From Methylococcaceae bacterium (GTDB lineage Bacteria > Patescibacteriota > Microgenomatia > UBA1400 > PJMF01): 64,000 nucleotides of DNA. Under the pieces are notes generated by a model. That model did not search any database, was not told where the DNA came from, and saw nothing but the letters and a program-made list of their open reading frames with translations. Each line of letters opens with the position of its first letter. Within the stretch, counting starts at the first letter, position 1. A program made the position numbers and the translations under genes. Positions 39,705 through 48,462 of the stretch are shown here, piece by piece. Location: positions 8,759 to 72,758 of the forward strand of contig JBILVZ010000002.1 of the NCBI GenBank assembly GCA_044370175.1, read 5' to 3'.

Positions 39705-39773
39705 CTTGATCAAAGTGATATCTGTACTTCTCAACATCAATAGTGAAATCACTTCAGACTTCAATTCCTTTGC
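39705..39773. repeat. Copy B of the ~70-bp imperfect direct repeat (partner at 32341..32410)
   Basis: Same orientation as copy A. On the minus strand it reads KGIEV(TGA)SDFTIDVEKYRYHFDQ, directly after the stop of the histidine phosphatase gene. No start codon, so it is a fragment. Confidence 0.5.
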
Positions 39774-39789
39774 TTATATTGCATTCATT

Positions 39790-40383
39790 TCAGCCCAAGT
39801 GTGCCGTGTAATGCAAATCATGTGAGGCAAAGCCAGGACCTACTTTTGTGATTCTTGTTACTGAGCACTCATCAATACGATAATCTTCACCTTCCGAAAA
39901 AGTATGTCTGAGAGGCAAAACAATCTGTTCGTCAAAAATACTTCTCAGAAAATCTGCTATTGTTCCACCATGCGTTATTAGAACAATATGGCTGTGTTGC
40001 TCGGTTTCAGATTCAAGCTCATCAAGCAATGCAATAACCTGGCTAGCCGTTTCTGCTGATGATCTTCCACTCACAGGTACATACGATCTATCATGAGTAG
40101 CTTTTGACCACTCAGCAAAAAACTCAGCTCTATCTCCCACAAATTCTTGAAAGTCCATCCGTTCACGGAGGCGTTCATCAGTGGTAATTGGTAGATTAAG
40201 ATGTTGTGCAATATGTCCAGCAGTTTGTTGGGTACGCAGATATGGACTGGCTATAATTTTGGTAATTGGAAACTGAGCAAGGTACTGTGCAGTTTTTTGT
40301 GCTTGAGTGACACCAGTTGTAGTTAGCCCAGGATTATTTTTAGTAGCTTCCTTTTCACCGTGACGAATAAGGTAGATGTGCAT
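39790..40383 (-). CDS. Histidine phosphatase family protein (phosphoglycerate mutase-like)
   Basis: N-terminal IYLIRHGEKE (RHG catalytic motif) and a downstream HGGT region; 197 aa. Confidence 0.8.
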   Translation of the reverse strand: MHIYLIRHGEKEATKNNPGLTTTGVTQAQKTAQYLAQFPITKIIASPYLRTQQTAGHIAQHLNLPITTDERLRERMDFQEFVGDRAEFFAEWSKATHDRSYVPVSGRSSAETASQVIALLDELESETEQHSHIVLITHGGTIADFLRSIFDEQIVLPLRHTFSEGEDYRIDECSVTRITKVGPGFASHDLHYTAHLG

Positions 40384-40414
40384 ACTGTAATTGTATCAAG
40401 CTTTTGAATGCTTA

Positions 40415-40870
40415 CTATTTTGTAGCTTCCCATCCATACTCTGAAAAGTGATTGTCTTTTTCAATCTCTTCAAGTGCTTGGCGAATATAGGGAATAGTAT
40501 TATCAGGTAAGTTATTCATGGTAAACCATTCAACTACACCATGTTTGTGAGGTTCTTTGACTTCGGGAGTCCCATTCCAATTCTCTGTTGTAAAAAATAC
40601 ATTGAGCCATTCATTGCCATCTACCATACAGTGCATAAGGTGGGCTTGCTGCAGATCCGCTTCAAGAATAGAAACGCCTACTTCTTCAGATGCTTCTCGT
40701 ACTGCTGCGGTTATCAGCTTTTCAGTACCTTCAATAGCTCCTGCCGGGAGGCTGTACATGCCATCAAGATATCCAGTATTACTTCTGAGTATAAGCAAAA
40801 CCTCGTTATTTCGCTTCAATACACAAAAAACTGACACTGATAATTTGAATCTTTGTCGTGAGATGGTCAT
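40415..40870 (-). CDS. NUDIX hydrolase
   Basis: Nudix box GAIEGTEKLITAAVREASEEVGV. Confidence 0.75.
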   Translation of the reverse strand: MTISRQRFKLSVSVFCVLKRNNEVLLILRSNTGYLDGMYSLPAGAIEGTEKLITAAVREASEEVGVSILEADLQQAHLMHCMVDGNEWLNVFFTTENWNGTPEVKEPHKHGVVEWFTMNNLPDNTIPYIRQALEEIEKDNHFSEYGWEATK

Positions 40871-40893
40871 GTGGTGCTAGTATAATCGATTTT

Positions 40894-41523
40894 ATGAAAA
40901 AGTTATTTCTCTCTTCGTATGCCGCTATCACTCTAGAACTAGTAAAGCCGTTACTACCCAAACCAGCTGATCAACTTAAGGCAGCATTTATTCCAACAGC
41001 AGGTGATCAGTATGAAGATGCTGGTCGTTTTCAACACCCAGATAAAGAGGCACTCGAGAAGTTAGGTATGGAGGTTACTGAAATTGATTTGAAAACAACG
41101 CAAGGAAAAGAATTAGCAAGAGTTATGCAACAGATGGATGTTGTATTAGTTGCAGGTGGTAATACCTTTTACTTGCTGGAGTGGGTGCGAAAATCAGGAT
41201 TTGATGTGATTATTAAAAAACGCATCTCTGAAGGTCTCGTATATATTGGTTCTAGTGCTGGTTCGATTCTATGCTGTCCTACAATTGAAGGAGCCAAACG
41301 CTTTGATCCGCCAGAAGCAGCACCTGAGCTTACAGACTATACAGGTCTTAATCTGGTTAATTTTGCCATCATTCCACATACTCATAAGGAAAAATACAAA
41401 CAAAGAATTGAAGAAACTACCGCTGAACTGCAAGAAAGTGGCCTAGAGGTTGTATACCTCACTGATGATCAGGCTGTGGTTGTAGAGGGAGATGAGTGGG
41501 AAGTCGTGGATATCAAAATCTAA
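40894..41523 (+). CDS. Peptidase E (S51 dipeptidase E)-like
   Basis: VAGGNTFYLL contains the GGNTF motif of S51 peptidases. The His/Glu region is downstream. Start chosen at ATG 40894 (MKKLFLSSY); the ORF opens at GTG 40858. Confidence 0.6.
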   Translation: MKKLFLSSYAAITLELVKPLLPKPADQLKAAFIPTAGDQYEDAGRFQHPDKEALEKLGMEVTEIDLKTTQGKELARVMQQMDVVLVAGGNTFYLLEWVRKSGFDVIIKKRISEGLVYIGSSAGSILCCPTIEGAKRFDPPEAAPELTDYTGLNLVNFAIIPHTHKEKYKQRIEETTAELQESGLEVVYLTDDQAVVVEGDEWEVVDIKI

Positions 41524-41650
41524 TAACAGATTGTCCAGCCCCCGATATACTACATGTATAAATAAGATATAGGAAAGGATTGATTCAGTCGTCTATACTG
41601 ATGGCTTTGATGCTCTTATCCACCGTGATTTGGTTCGGATAAGCAATACT

Positions 41651-41677
41651 GAGACCGTTCCAAAACGGTCACTTTTT
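41651..41677 (+). terminator. Hairpin GACCGTT-CCAAA-AACGGTC followed by T6, a candidate pepE terminator that coincides with the IS left inverted repeat
   Basis: 7-bp stem, 5-nt loop, then ACTTTTTT, about 130 nt after the pepE stop. Confidence 0.4.
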
Positions 41678-41745
41678 TGAGGTAAGACTGATTGAATGAT
41701 AGTACTAAATTGCATATTTGACTAGGTGAAAGATATAGTAGTGGT

Positions 41746-42773
41746 ATGAAAAAAATCCTCAGTGTCCGATTTGTGAAAGCAGTAGCTGGAAAAAAGGACG
41801 TCGTCGAGGAAAAATAAAATATCAATGCAGAACGTGTAGAAAATGGTTCCAGATCAACAGGTCTCGTGAGAGCGTACCTGCAAAAGCATTGCTGGTTCAG
41901 CACTTAAGTGGGATGTCATTTCGAACGTTGTCAGATATGCATGGCTGTGGCGTAGCCACAGCCTACAGAAGAGTTCAAAAGGGGTTGCAAGAATTACCAA
42001 CCTGCATTGATGTCACCAGATGGTACTGTCAAAAATTCCAGGGTATCCTGCTGGTGGATGGCAAGTATGTACGTGTCAAACGATATGATCGCAAAATACC
42101 TGTGTTGTATGGCGTTGACTACAGTACACATGACATACCGCACTACAGACTCTCGAGAGCTGAGAATTATTTAACCTGCAAGAAATTCTTTGAGTCCTTG
42201 AAGTTAACAAACTATGTTGTGCATGCAGTCGTGTGTGATGACAATCTCAATATTTATCAGGCAGCACAACACACATTTCCTGAGGTCGTTATCCAGCTCT
42301 GTCACCTGCATTTCTTGCGGAATATGAGAGCACTGCTTGATCTTGAAAACAGCTCAACACACCAGCTATTTTTTCAGCTACTGACCAAACTATTAATTGA
42401 AAAAAGATCAAAACAAGACTTTGAACAGCGAGCTTCCCGATTGGTTTCTCACTTTGCAACTGATCAGGTCTGTACCGGAATATTGCTTGAACTCGCCAAG
42501 AAACAATCACTCCTACAAGGCTATTTGCACTACAAAGGTATTCCGACAACCACAAACCTCATCGAGTCATTTAACTCACATCTTGAAGCAAGAATACGTC
42601 CTCTTAAAGGTTTTGAATCTTTCAAACATGCAGAACTTTGGCTCAATGCATACTTCCTACGGAGGAGAACGAGGAAATTCACTGATTGTTCAGGAAAATT
42701 TAAAAAATTAAACGGAAAAACTTCTCTCGAAATTGTCAAAAAACCACGGATTGATCTACCAACCTTTTTTTGA
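41746..42773 (+). CDS. IS1-family-like DDE transposase with N-terminal C2C2 zinc ribbon; frameshifted at an A7 run
   Basis: The C-terminal TNLIESFNSHLEARIRPLKGFESFKHAELWLNAYFLRRR parallels IS1 InsB [36 protein letters not shown]. Candidate catalytic D/D residues sit in LLVDGKYV and VVCDDNLNIYQ. The in-frame upstream segment NPQCPICESSSWKKGRRRGKIKYQCRTCRKWF is an InsA-like zinc finger with no start codon of its own. ATG 41746 is followed by A7 and reaches that frame only by a -1 shift. The longest ATG ORF in the DDE frame is 41889..42773. Confidence 0.6.
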
Positions 42774-42880
42774 AACCAAGGTGACCCTTTTGGAACGGTC
42801 TCGGCGCTCTTCATCTTATTTGTACTATAATATAGACATTTGAAATTTGCTACACACAATTAATAAGCACAAGCCCCAAG

Positions 42881-44539
42881 TTATTCTTCACTACGTGTCA
42901 AACTAGCCGACACCCAATAACTCCAAGTTCCGGCAATAATAAAGAAAAGACCGCCAAATAGCAGGGCAAGAGTTGTGCCGATGGCACCAGAGGCAGGTAA
43001 ACCACTTGCCGTAGAAACTTTAGAACTGCGTGTAGACGTAGCTGCTCCTGAGGCAGTTTTAGTTCCACTCTTGGTACTTGTTGCTGAGCTACTGGCTTGA
43101 GCAGAAGAAGTTGCGCCACCAATTGGGTATGGATTAGTTGATCCAAACGGTGTGGCTGAAGCCTTTGGTGTGGCTGAAGCCTTTGGTGTGGCAGTAGGTG
43201 TAGCTGTAGCACGGGCGGTGCCTGTTGTCGTAGTTGTGGTGTTTGCTTGGGCCAATAAATTCTCCGTGCGAGGTTGTACGATAAAGGTCTCAGTTCTTGT
43301 TTTTGGCTGTCCTGTGGCTGGATCGTCGTAGGTGTAGGTAATAGTATGTTCTCCAGGCTCAAGACTGGCCTTGAGGTCTTCTAAATCTATTTCAAATTGA
43401 CCAGTGCTATCGGTTGTAACTTCATGACTAATTTGATTTTCTGAATGAACTTCAATTTTTACTTTGACGTTAGGAGCAGCTTTACCAGTAATAGTAGGCT
43501 GTTGTGTAGTAACAACAGGTGGTTCATCAGTCTTAAAATCTTTTTCCAAATTTAGCATCACAACTTCAGGTTGCGCACTGTCACTTGCCGAACCACTTGC
43601 TGAGGCATCTAGTGCCGAGCGTAGTCCACCCAAAGCAGTACTTTTGGTAGCACTGTCACTAGCAGTAGTACTTGCACTCATCATGGCATCTTGACTAGTT
43701 GTGCTAATTTCTTGTGTTTGAGTGGTGATTTGTGCACTTTGACTAGCTACTATGGGCGTGGGTGGTATTGCAATACCCTTACCAAAGGTGATGTTCGGTA
43801 CTCCTGGCTTGGCTTCTGCAACAGAGATTGTGGCTTGTGCTGTTTGTGTGATCTCAACTCCTTGGATAACTAAGGCAAGTTGGGTATCTTCTGTGATAGT
43901 AGCAAATGAACTACCATCAGGAGTACGTGCATTGGAAAGCGCGACCGCCCAACTACCTGCGTTGGTGACGAGTGATGACATATCTCCAGCACCTTCGGTT
44001 TTAAGATACACCACCGCACCTTCAGCTGGTGCTCCTGTCTGGGTTGTAACAGTTCCAAAAACGGTCCGTGCGGAAGTGGGAATACCTTTTTTAGCGGTGA
44101 CAATCTTGAATGGAGCTCCATTATTATCAAACAGTGCCCCCTCTGCAGTGCCAATGAAGTAATAGTAGGTAGTCCCGGGTTGGAGGCCTTTGACAGTGAT
44201 GTGATGTAGCTTAAACTTGTCAGAAGTTGCTGAAAGTTGAATCCGATCGTCAGCAACCTGAAGATTTACTGCATCTTCTTCCGTGCCATATTTTACAAAT
44301 GAAGTTGTCTCAATTTCCGTCATGAATGAGACGGTAAACGTACTATCAGTGACGTTTGTAAGGCGAACATTTTTGGGAGTTGTTTCAGCAGTTGCCCGAG
44401 GTGCAAATACCCCCGCACCTTGCCCGATGAATACTACCCCAATAACCAGGGCGACGACTAAAAATCCAAGACCAAGCAGGGTGGGAATGCGTCTTTGCCA
44501 GAGTGGTTTAATTGGTTGTGTTGGTGTAACTGCAGGCAT
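42881..44539 (-). CDS. Cell-surface protein with N-terminal TM anchor, Ig/FN3-like beta domains, Ser/Thr/Ala-rich repeats and a C-terminal sortase-type sorting signal (LPASG + TM + charged tail)
   Basis: N-terminal LLGLGFLVVALVIGVVFIG. The C-terminus ...SGLPASGAIGTTLALLFGGLFFIIAGTWSYWVSASLTRSEE resembles an LPxTG-class sorting signal. Low-complexity ATPKASATPKASATP segment. Confidence 0.6.
   Translation of the reverse strand: MPAVTPTQPIKPLWQRRIPTLLGLGFLVVALVIGVVFIGQGAGVFAPRATAETTPKNVRLTNVTDSTFTVSFMTEIETTSFVKYGTEEDAVNLQVADDRIQLSATSDKFKLHHITVKGLQPGTTYYYFIGTAEGALFDNNGAPFKIVTAKKGIPTSARTVFGTVTTQTGAPAEGAVVYLKTEGAGDMSSLVTNAGSWAVALSNARTPDGSSFATITEDTQLALVIQGVEITQTAQATISVAEAKPGVPNITFGKGIAIPPTPIVASQSAQITTQTQEISTTSQDAMMSASTTASDSATKSTALGGLRSALDASASGSASDSAQPEVVMLNLEKDFKTDEPPVVTTQQPTITGKAAPNVKVKIEVHSENQISHEVTTDSTGQFEIDLEDLKASLEPGEHTITYTYDDPATGQPKTRTETFIVQPRTENLLAQANTTTTTTGTARATATPTATPKASATPKASATPFGSTNPYPIGGATSSAQASSSATSTKSGTKTASGAATSTRSSKVSTASGLPASGAIGTTLALLFGGLFFIIAGTWSYWVSASLTRSEE
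43152..43192. repeat. In-frame 18-bp tandem repeat GTGGCTGAAGCCTTTGGT x ~2.3, encoding (ATPKAS)n in the surface protein
   Basis: Direct tandem copies visible at 43152-43169 and 43170-43187, with a partial third copy. Confidence 0.5.
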
Positions 44540-44687
44540 GTAATAACTTCATTCACTACGAACAACACTTCCAGATAAGTGTCTCACTCTACTTTAGATA
44601 AAAAAAAGATTTGATGCAATGCGAAAAATAAGCGAAACAAATACGCGTAAATGACTCATAGTGAGTTTAATCCATATCAATCTATCC

Positions 44688-45101
44688 TTATGGCGTTTGA
44701 GGAGTTGGGGTGGCTGTGGGCCGGACTGTTGCTCGTGGAGTTGGGGTGGGAAGTGGCTGGTCAATGCTAATTATTTTTTCTTCTCTAGTGCGTGGATCAG
44801 TAAAAACGCGAAAAATAGGAAAGTTGCTCAGCTCAGCCTCAGTGAATGATCGCTTCTCTTCTAAACTATTTAGAGTTGCCAAATCAAGATTGGCGGTTAG
44901 TGGTTGTGCATATTTGAGTAATTTACTGTCAATTTTTGTTTTTTGCTGGGCTGCAAAAAGTGATACTACCACCCAACCAATCACACAAATAAATAGTAAG
45001 ACTAAAATAGTTAACATCTGTCGCTTGTGTTTTAAAATTGCAAACTGTTTTTTTACAGCTTTGCGAGTTTCATTGGCTGGTGTAGTGATGGTAGTGCTCA
45101 T
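44688..45101 (-). CDS. Hypothetical membrane-anchored protein downstream of pilO (PilP-like position)
   Basis: One TM (LTILVLLFICVIGWVVVSLF) and a Pro/Thr-rich tail. 4-nt overlap with pilO. Assignment is by position only. Confidence 0.35.
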   Translation of the reverse strand: MSTTITTPANETRKAVKKQFAILKHKRQMLTILVLLFICVIGWVVVSLFAAQQKTKIDSKLLKYAQPLTANLDLATLNSLEEKRSFTEAELSNFPIFRVFTDPRTREEKIISIDQPLPTPTPRATVRPTATPTPQTP

Positions 45102-45718
45102 AGTTCGGGTTTTCCCATATATGGTTGTGACAAACTAATGGAAGCATTTAGTTTTTTCTCCCCACGGTTCTCTTCCAAATTGAAAGTGACATTTTCTACC
45201 ACAAAACTACGCCGACTATTCTGCAGGGTCTGTACGAACGCTCGTATATTTAAAAATTCACCACTGATAGCCATCCGAACCCCAAGATCAACTTTTGAAA
45301 GTTTAACTGTAGGATCAATGATTGGTGTTTCATCGGGGATGCGCTCAACACCTAGGTTTTTTATAATGACGTTATTCTCACTAGCGAGCTTTTCGATTAT
45401 TTTTAGTGAGCGAATGAGCTGTGGTTGCGGTGGGATAGCTTCGTTGAGATCAGCGAGTCGGGGCTGCGCTTGTGCATATAAATCTTGAGCCCCGCGCAGT
45501 GCTAAAACTTTACTTTCCAATTTTTCAAGTAAATCTATCTTTTCTTTTCTCTCCTGTATGAGGTCAGACATAGTCAGTAAGGTTGGCTGAATAGCAAATA
45601 TAGCAAGGAAAATCACGAGCCCAATAGACAAAAGCAGCTCCAGCGAGACCATTGCCACTGGTTTTTGATAGAAGCTGATAAGCGCGCTAGTGATTTCTTT
45701 TTGTTTAAATGATGACAT
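45098..45718 (-). CDS. pilO: Type IV pilus assembly protein PilO-like
   Basis: N-terminal TM, then a coiled coil (...IQERKEKIDLLEKLESKVLALRGAQDLYAQA...) and a C-terminal alpha/beta domain; ~200 aa. Immediately downstream of a PilN-like gene. Confidence 0.55.
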   Translation of the reverse strand: MSSFKQKEITSALISFYQKPVAMVSLELLLSIGLVIFLAIFAIQPTLLTMSDLIQERKEKIDLLEKLESKVLALRGAQDLYAQAQPRLADLNEAIPPQPQLIRSLKIIEKLASENNVIIKNLGVERIPDETPIIDPTVKLSKVDLGVRMAISGEFLNIRAFVQTLQNSRRSFVVENVTFNLEENRGEKKLNASISLSQPYMGKPEL

Positions 45719-45729
45719 AGGTAGCTCTA

Positions 45730-46350
45730 TTACAAACCTCCAGTACGATCGAGGATATTAACTTTTTCATTTGTATTTGTCTTTGGAGTTTCCTTTTTAT
45801 TGATAACTTTAGTGTCGGCGGTAATATTAAAATAAATACCAGGTTTGTTATTATCTCCAGACTCTACTCGGCTAATATTTATATTAAAAAAGTCACCAGA
45901 TAACTGCAAATTATTGACTAATAAGTTGAAAGAACTTTGAGAAAGGGTGTTGCCGGTAATCGTCACTTTTGCTGGAGAGATAGAAAGCTGCTCTAAATTT
46001 ACATCTTGTGGAGTCACTTTTGAGAGATGTTGGAAAACATCAGTGATATCAACTTCAGTATTGATCTTTTTTAGCTCAGCCAAGCGGTCTTGAATAGAGA
46101 CAAACTCTTGTTCAAAAGAACCATAGTTGCTAATAATGTTTGCTTGAGTATTAATCTTTTGATTAAGATCGGTAATTTCACGATCTAGGGTGAAACGTGC
46201 AGCAAAACTGACAATAACAACAAGTTCAGTAAATATTACTATATATCTGCCTGCAGAGAGTGCCCACTGCAAAATACGACCTATTGCGGAGGAAAAAAAC
46301 GGGTCTTTGGGGACCAGATTGATGTTGATAGCGGCAGGCTTCTTACTCAT
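45730..46350 (-). CDS. pilN: Type IV pilus assembly protein PilN-like
   Basis: The INLVPKD motif near the N-terminus (equivalent to PilN INLLP), a single TM, a coiled coil and a ~100-aa C-terminal domain. Confidence 0.6.
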   Translation of the reverse strand: MSKKPAAININLVPKDPFFSSAIGRILQWALSAGRYIVIFTELVVIVSFAARFTLDREITDLNQKINTQANIISNYGSFEQEFVSIQDRLAELKKINTEVDITDVFQHLSKVTPQDVNLEQLSISPAKVTITGNTLSQSSFNLLVNNLQLSGDFFNINISRVESGDNNKPGIYFNITADTKVINKKETPKTNTNEKVNILDRTGGL

Positions 46351-46412
46351 CTACACTATAATACTACACTGATTTGGTAATGAATGAAAAGGGTGGCTCT
46401 CAGATTGCTGCC

Positions 46413-48107
46413 TTAAACTTGTGTTCCTTCGCCAGAAGCCTCAACCACCATTTCTGGTGATTGTGACATATTTTTGCGAGAGGTATTGAAGGAGAAGAGA
46501 ATCTTTTTGAAGAACTCCAGCTCTTTGATCTCGAAGAGGGTGGCAAAGTAGAAGTACACCACCAAGCCAATTGTACCTGTTGTAACCGTCAGACCAATGA
46601 GTTCAATATTTTTGCGTGTATCGAAGATAAGCTCATCAAAAATTCTGAAGGGTAAGTATAAAAAGACAGCCATCAAAAAACTTGCCAACAACATCTTGAG
46701 TTGTGGCAGCCAGAAGTCGCTTGTATTAAATCCTCCCACCTTGCGATGGAGGAAGTAGATGGAGAGGAATAGTTCGAGAAGTGCTGCAAATGAAGTCATG
46801 CAGGCTAGGCCATATACTTGCCAAGGTGTGAAAAAGACAAAAATGGCACTACCTACTAGGTATAAGAGCACAGTAAAAAGTGTGATGTAAAAGGGGGTTT
46901 TTGTATCATGTAGTGCATAGAAGGCACGGATCAAAAGTTGTACCATAGCTTGAGCTGCTACAGAGAGCGCGATGATCGCCACTGCCCAACCAGTCTCAAT
47001 GGTTTTTTCCCAAGGAAAATTGGGTGTGCCAAAAGTCAGACGAACTATGGGGATACGCAAAATGAGAAGTAAAACAGATGCGGGAAAAGCAAGGAAGGCA
47101 ATTTGGTGTAGTGACTGTACGACTAGTCTGCGAAAATGCTGAGGATCTGCATGTTTTGATTCTTCAGACAAAAATGGCAGAGACGCTTGTCCAATAGGCA
47201 CGCCAAAGAGGCGAATGGGAATGGTCATCAAGGTCAATGCTAAGTTGATTACCACAAAACTGAGGTTGCCAAGGCTGGTAGCAAAAAATCCTAGACTTAA
47301 GCTCTGGACTTGATTAACTCCAATGGTGAGTAGCCGTGGCGGAGCTAGTCGCAGCAATGACTTTACTCCAGGTGCATTTAGATTGAGGGAAAAGTGATAG
47401 CGAAAGCCAAAGCGTAGTGCAGAAGGCAGCTGAATAAACATATGCAGAAATGCCCCAATCACCACACCAATTCCTGCCCCATAAATGCCAAATCTATCGG
47501 CAAATAGATACGTGCCAGCCAGTATACCTACGTTATAAATAATTGGCGCCAGACTGGGAATAATAAAACGCTGATATGACTGCAGCATAGAACTAAAGAT
47601 GCTTGATATTGCAAAAAATAACTGCCCAAAAAGCATGAGCCGAGTTAGATTGGTGACGATCTGGATTTGCTCCTGGGTGAAGCGGTCTCCAGTCCGATGC
47701 TCCGTGATGTAGGGGGCTGCAATAAACACGATGGCTCCTAGCACCAAGAATGCTACTACCAGCAAGTTGAGGATCACGGCACTCATCTTGAAGGCCATTT
47801 CTTCATTTTCTTTGCGCATTTTAGAAAAGAGTGGAATGAACGTAGCCGAGAGTGCTCCTACCGCAATTAACTGAAAGAGCATGTCGGGGACTTGGAAAGC
47901 AATCTTGAATGCCTCATAGGCTTGTTGAGAGGTTTCTGTGTCAAAATACTGCTGGAGCATGAGACGCTCTCGGATCAAACCTGACAGAGAGGAAATAATG
48001 TTGGCAGCAGTAATAATTGCTGCAGCAGACAAAATACTACTTTGCTTCTGTTCCAGCCAGGCAAGATTTCGAGAAAAAATGGAGTGAAGTTCAAAGCGGG
48101 GTAGCAT
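46413..48107 (-). CDS. murJ: Lipid II flippase MurJ (MviN family)
   Basis: The N-terminal LSGLIRERLMLQQY...AFKIAFQVPDMLFQLIAVGALSATFIPLFSK pattern matches MurJ. 14 TM helices, 564 aa. Confidence 0.8.
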   Translation of the reverse strand: MLPRFELHSIFSRNLAWLEQKQSSILSAAAIITAANIISSLSGLIRERLMLQQYFDTETSQQAYEAFKIAFQVPDMLFQLIAVGALSATFIPLFSKMRKENEEMAFKMSAVILNLLVVAFLVLGAIVFIAAPYITEHRTGDRFTQEQIQIVTNLTRLMLFGQLFFAISSIFSSMLQSYQRFIIPSLAPIIYNVGILAGTYLFADRFGIYGAGIGVVIGAFLHMFIQLPSALRFGFRYHFSLNLNAPGVKSLLRLAPPRLLTIGVNQVQSLSLGFFATSLGNLSFVVINLALTLMTIPIRLFGVPIGQASLPFLSEESKHADPQHFRRLVVQSLHQIAFLAFPASVLLLILRIPIVRLTFGTPNFPWEKTIETGWAVAIIALSVAAQAMVQLLIRAFYALHDTKTPFYITLFTVLLYLVGSAIFVFFTPWQVYGLACMTSFAALLELFLSIYFLHRKVGGFNTSDFWLPQLKMLLASFLMAVFLYLPFRIFDELIFDTRKNIELIGLTVTTGTIGLVVYFYFATLFEIKELEFFKKILFSFNTSRKNMSQSPEMVVEASGEGTQV

Positions 48108-48145
48108 ACCAATTTATTATACCTGGTCTAGCGCGATTCTAGTAT

Positions 48146-48174
48146 TTGAAAATACTACACATTAAGGGTATAAT
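48146..48174 (+). promoter_or_regulatory. Consensus sigma70-type promoter for rpsT (TTGAAA-N17-TATAAT)
   Basis: TTGAAA at 48146-48151, a 17-nt spacer, TATAAT at 48169-48174; ATG at 48183. Confidence 0.55.
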
Positions 48175-48182
48175 TCCCATTC

Positions 48183-48419
48183 ATGCCAATACTCAAGAAC
48201 GCAAAAAAAGCTTTACGAAGCAGCAAACGCAAAAAGGAAGTAAATAGTAGAGTTAAGTCACAACTTAAAACTGCTATGGATACTGCTAAAAAATCTACGA
48301 CAAAAGAAACGATTACTGAAGCATATAGCAAAATTGATCGCGCTGTTAAATCTGGGGTGATCCACAGAAACGCTGCAGCTCGCCTCAAATCTCAAGTTGG
48401 TAAGAAAAAAACTGCGTAA
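48183..48419 (+). CDS. rpsT: 30S ribosomal protein S20
   Basis: MPILKNAKKALRSSKRKKEVNSRVKSQLKTAMDTAKK...IHRNAAARLKSQ is the bS20 signature; 78 aa. Confidence 0.9.
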   Translation: MPILKNAKKALRSSKRKKEVNSRVKSQLKTAMDTAKKSTTKETITEAYSKIDRAVKSGVIHRNAAARLKSQVGKKKTA

Positions 48420-48433
48420 TCTATCCTATAATA

Positions 48434-48462
48434 TTGATTTCCTTGTGGTTTTAAGGTATAAT
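48434..48462 (+). promoter_or_regulatory. Consensus promoter TTGATT-N17-TATAAT driving a ~290-nt leader toward the small ORF and lepA
   Basis: TTGATT at 48434-48439, a 17-nt spacer, TATAAT at 48457-48462. The next start codon on this strand is at 48756. Confidence 0.5.

Larger units (their letters stand above)
41651..42802 (+). mobile_element. IS1-family-like insertion sequence (~1.15 kb) with 22-bp terminal inverted repeats
   Basis: Left GAGACCGTTCCAAAACGGTCAC (41651-41672) matches the reverse complement of the right end GTGACCCTTTTGGAACGGTCTC (42781-42802) at 21/22 positions. The two ends bracket a single transposase gene. No obvious target-site duplication was seen. Confidence 0.55.

Noticed and set aside
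41651-41677. Alternative reading of the IS 'inverted repeats' as two copies of an ordinary terminator palindrome.
   Set aside because: The left copy is a good pepE terminator (stem + T6). But the right copy lacks a T-run on either strand. The 21/22 match extends beyond the hairpin arms, and the pair precisely brackets a transposase gene. IS termini are more parsimonious, though not proven.
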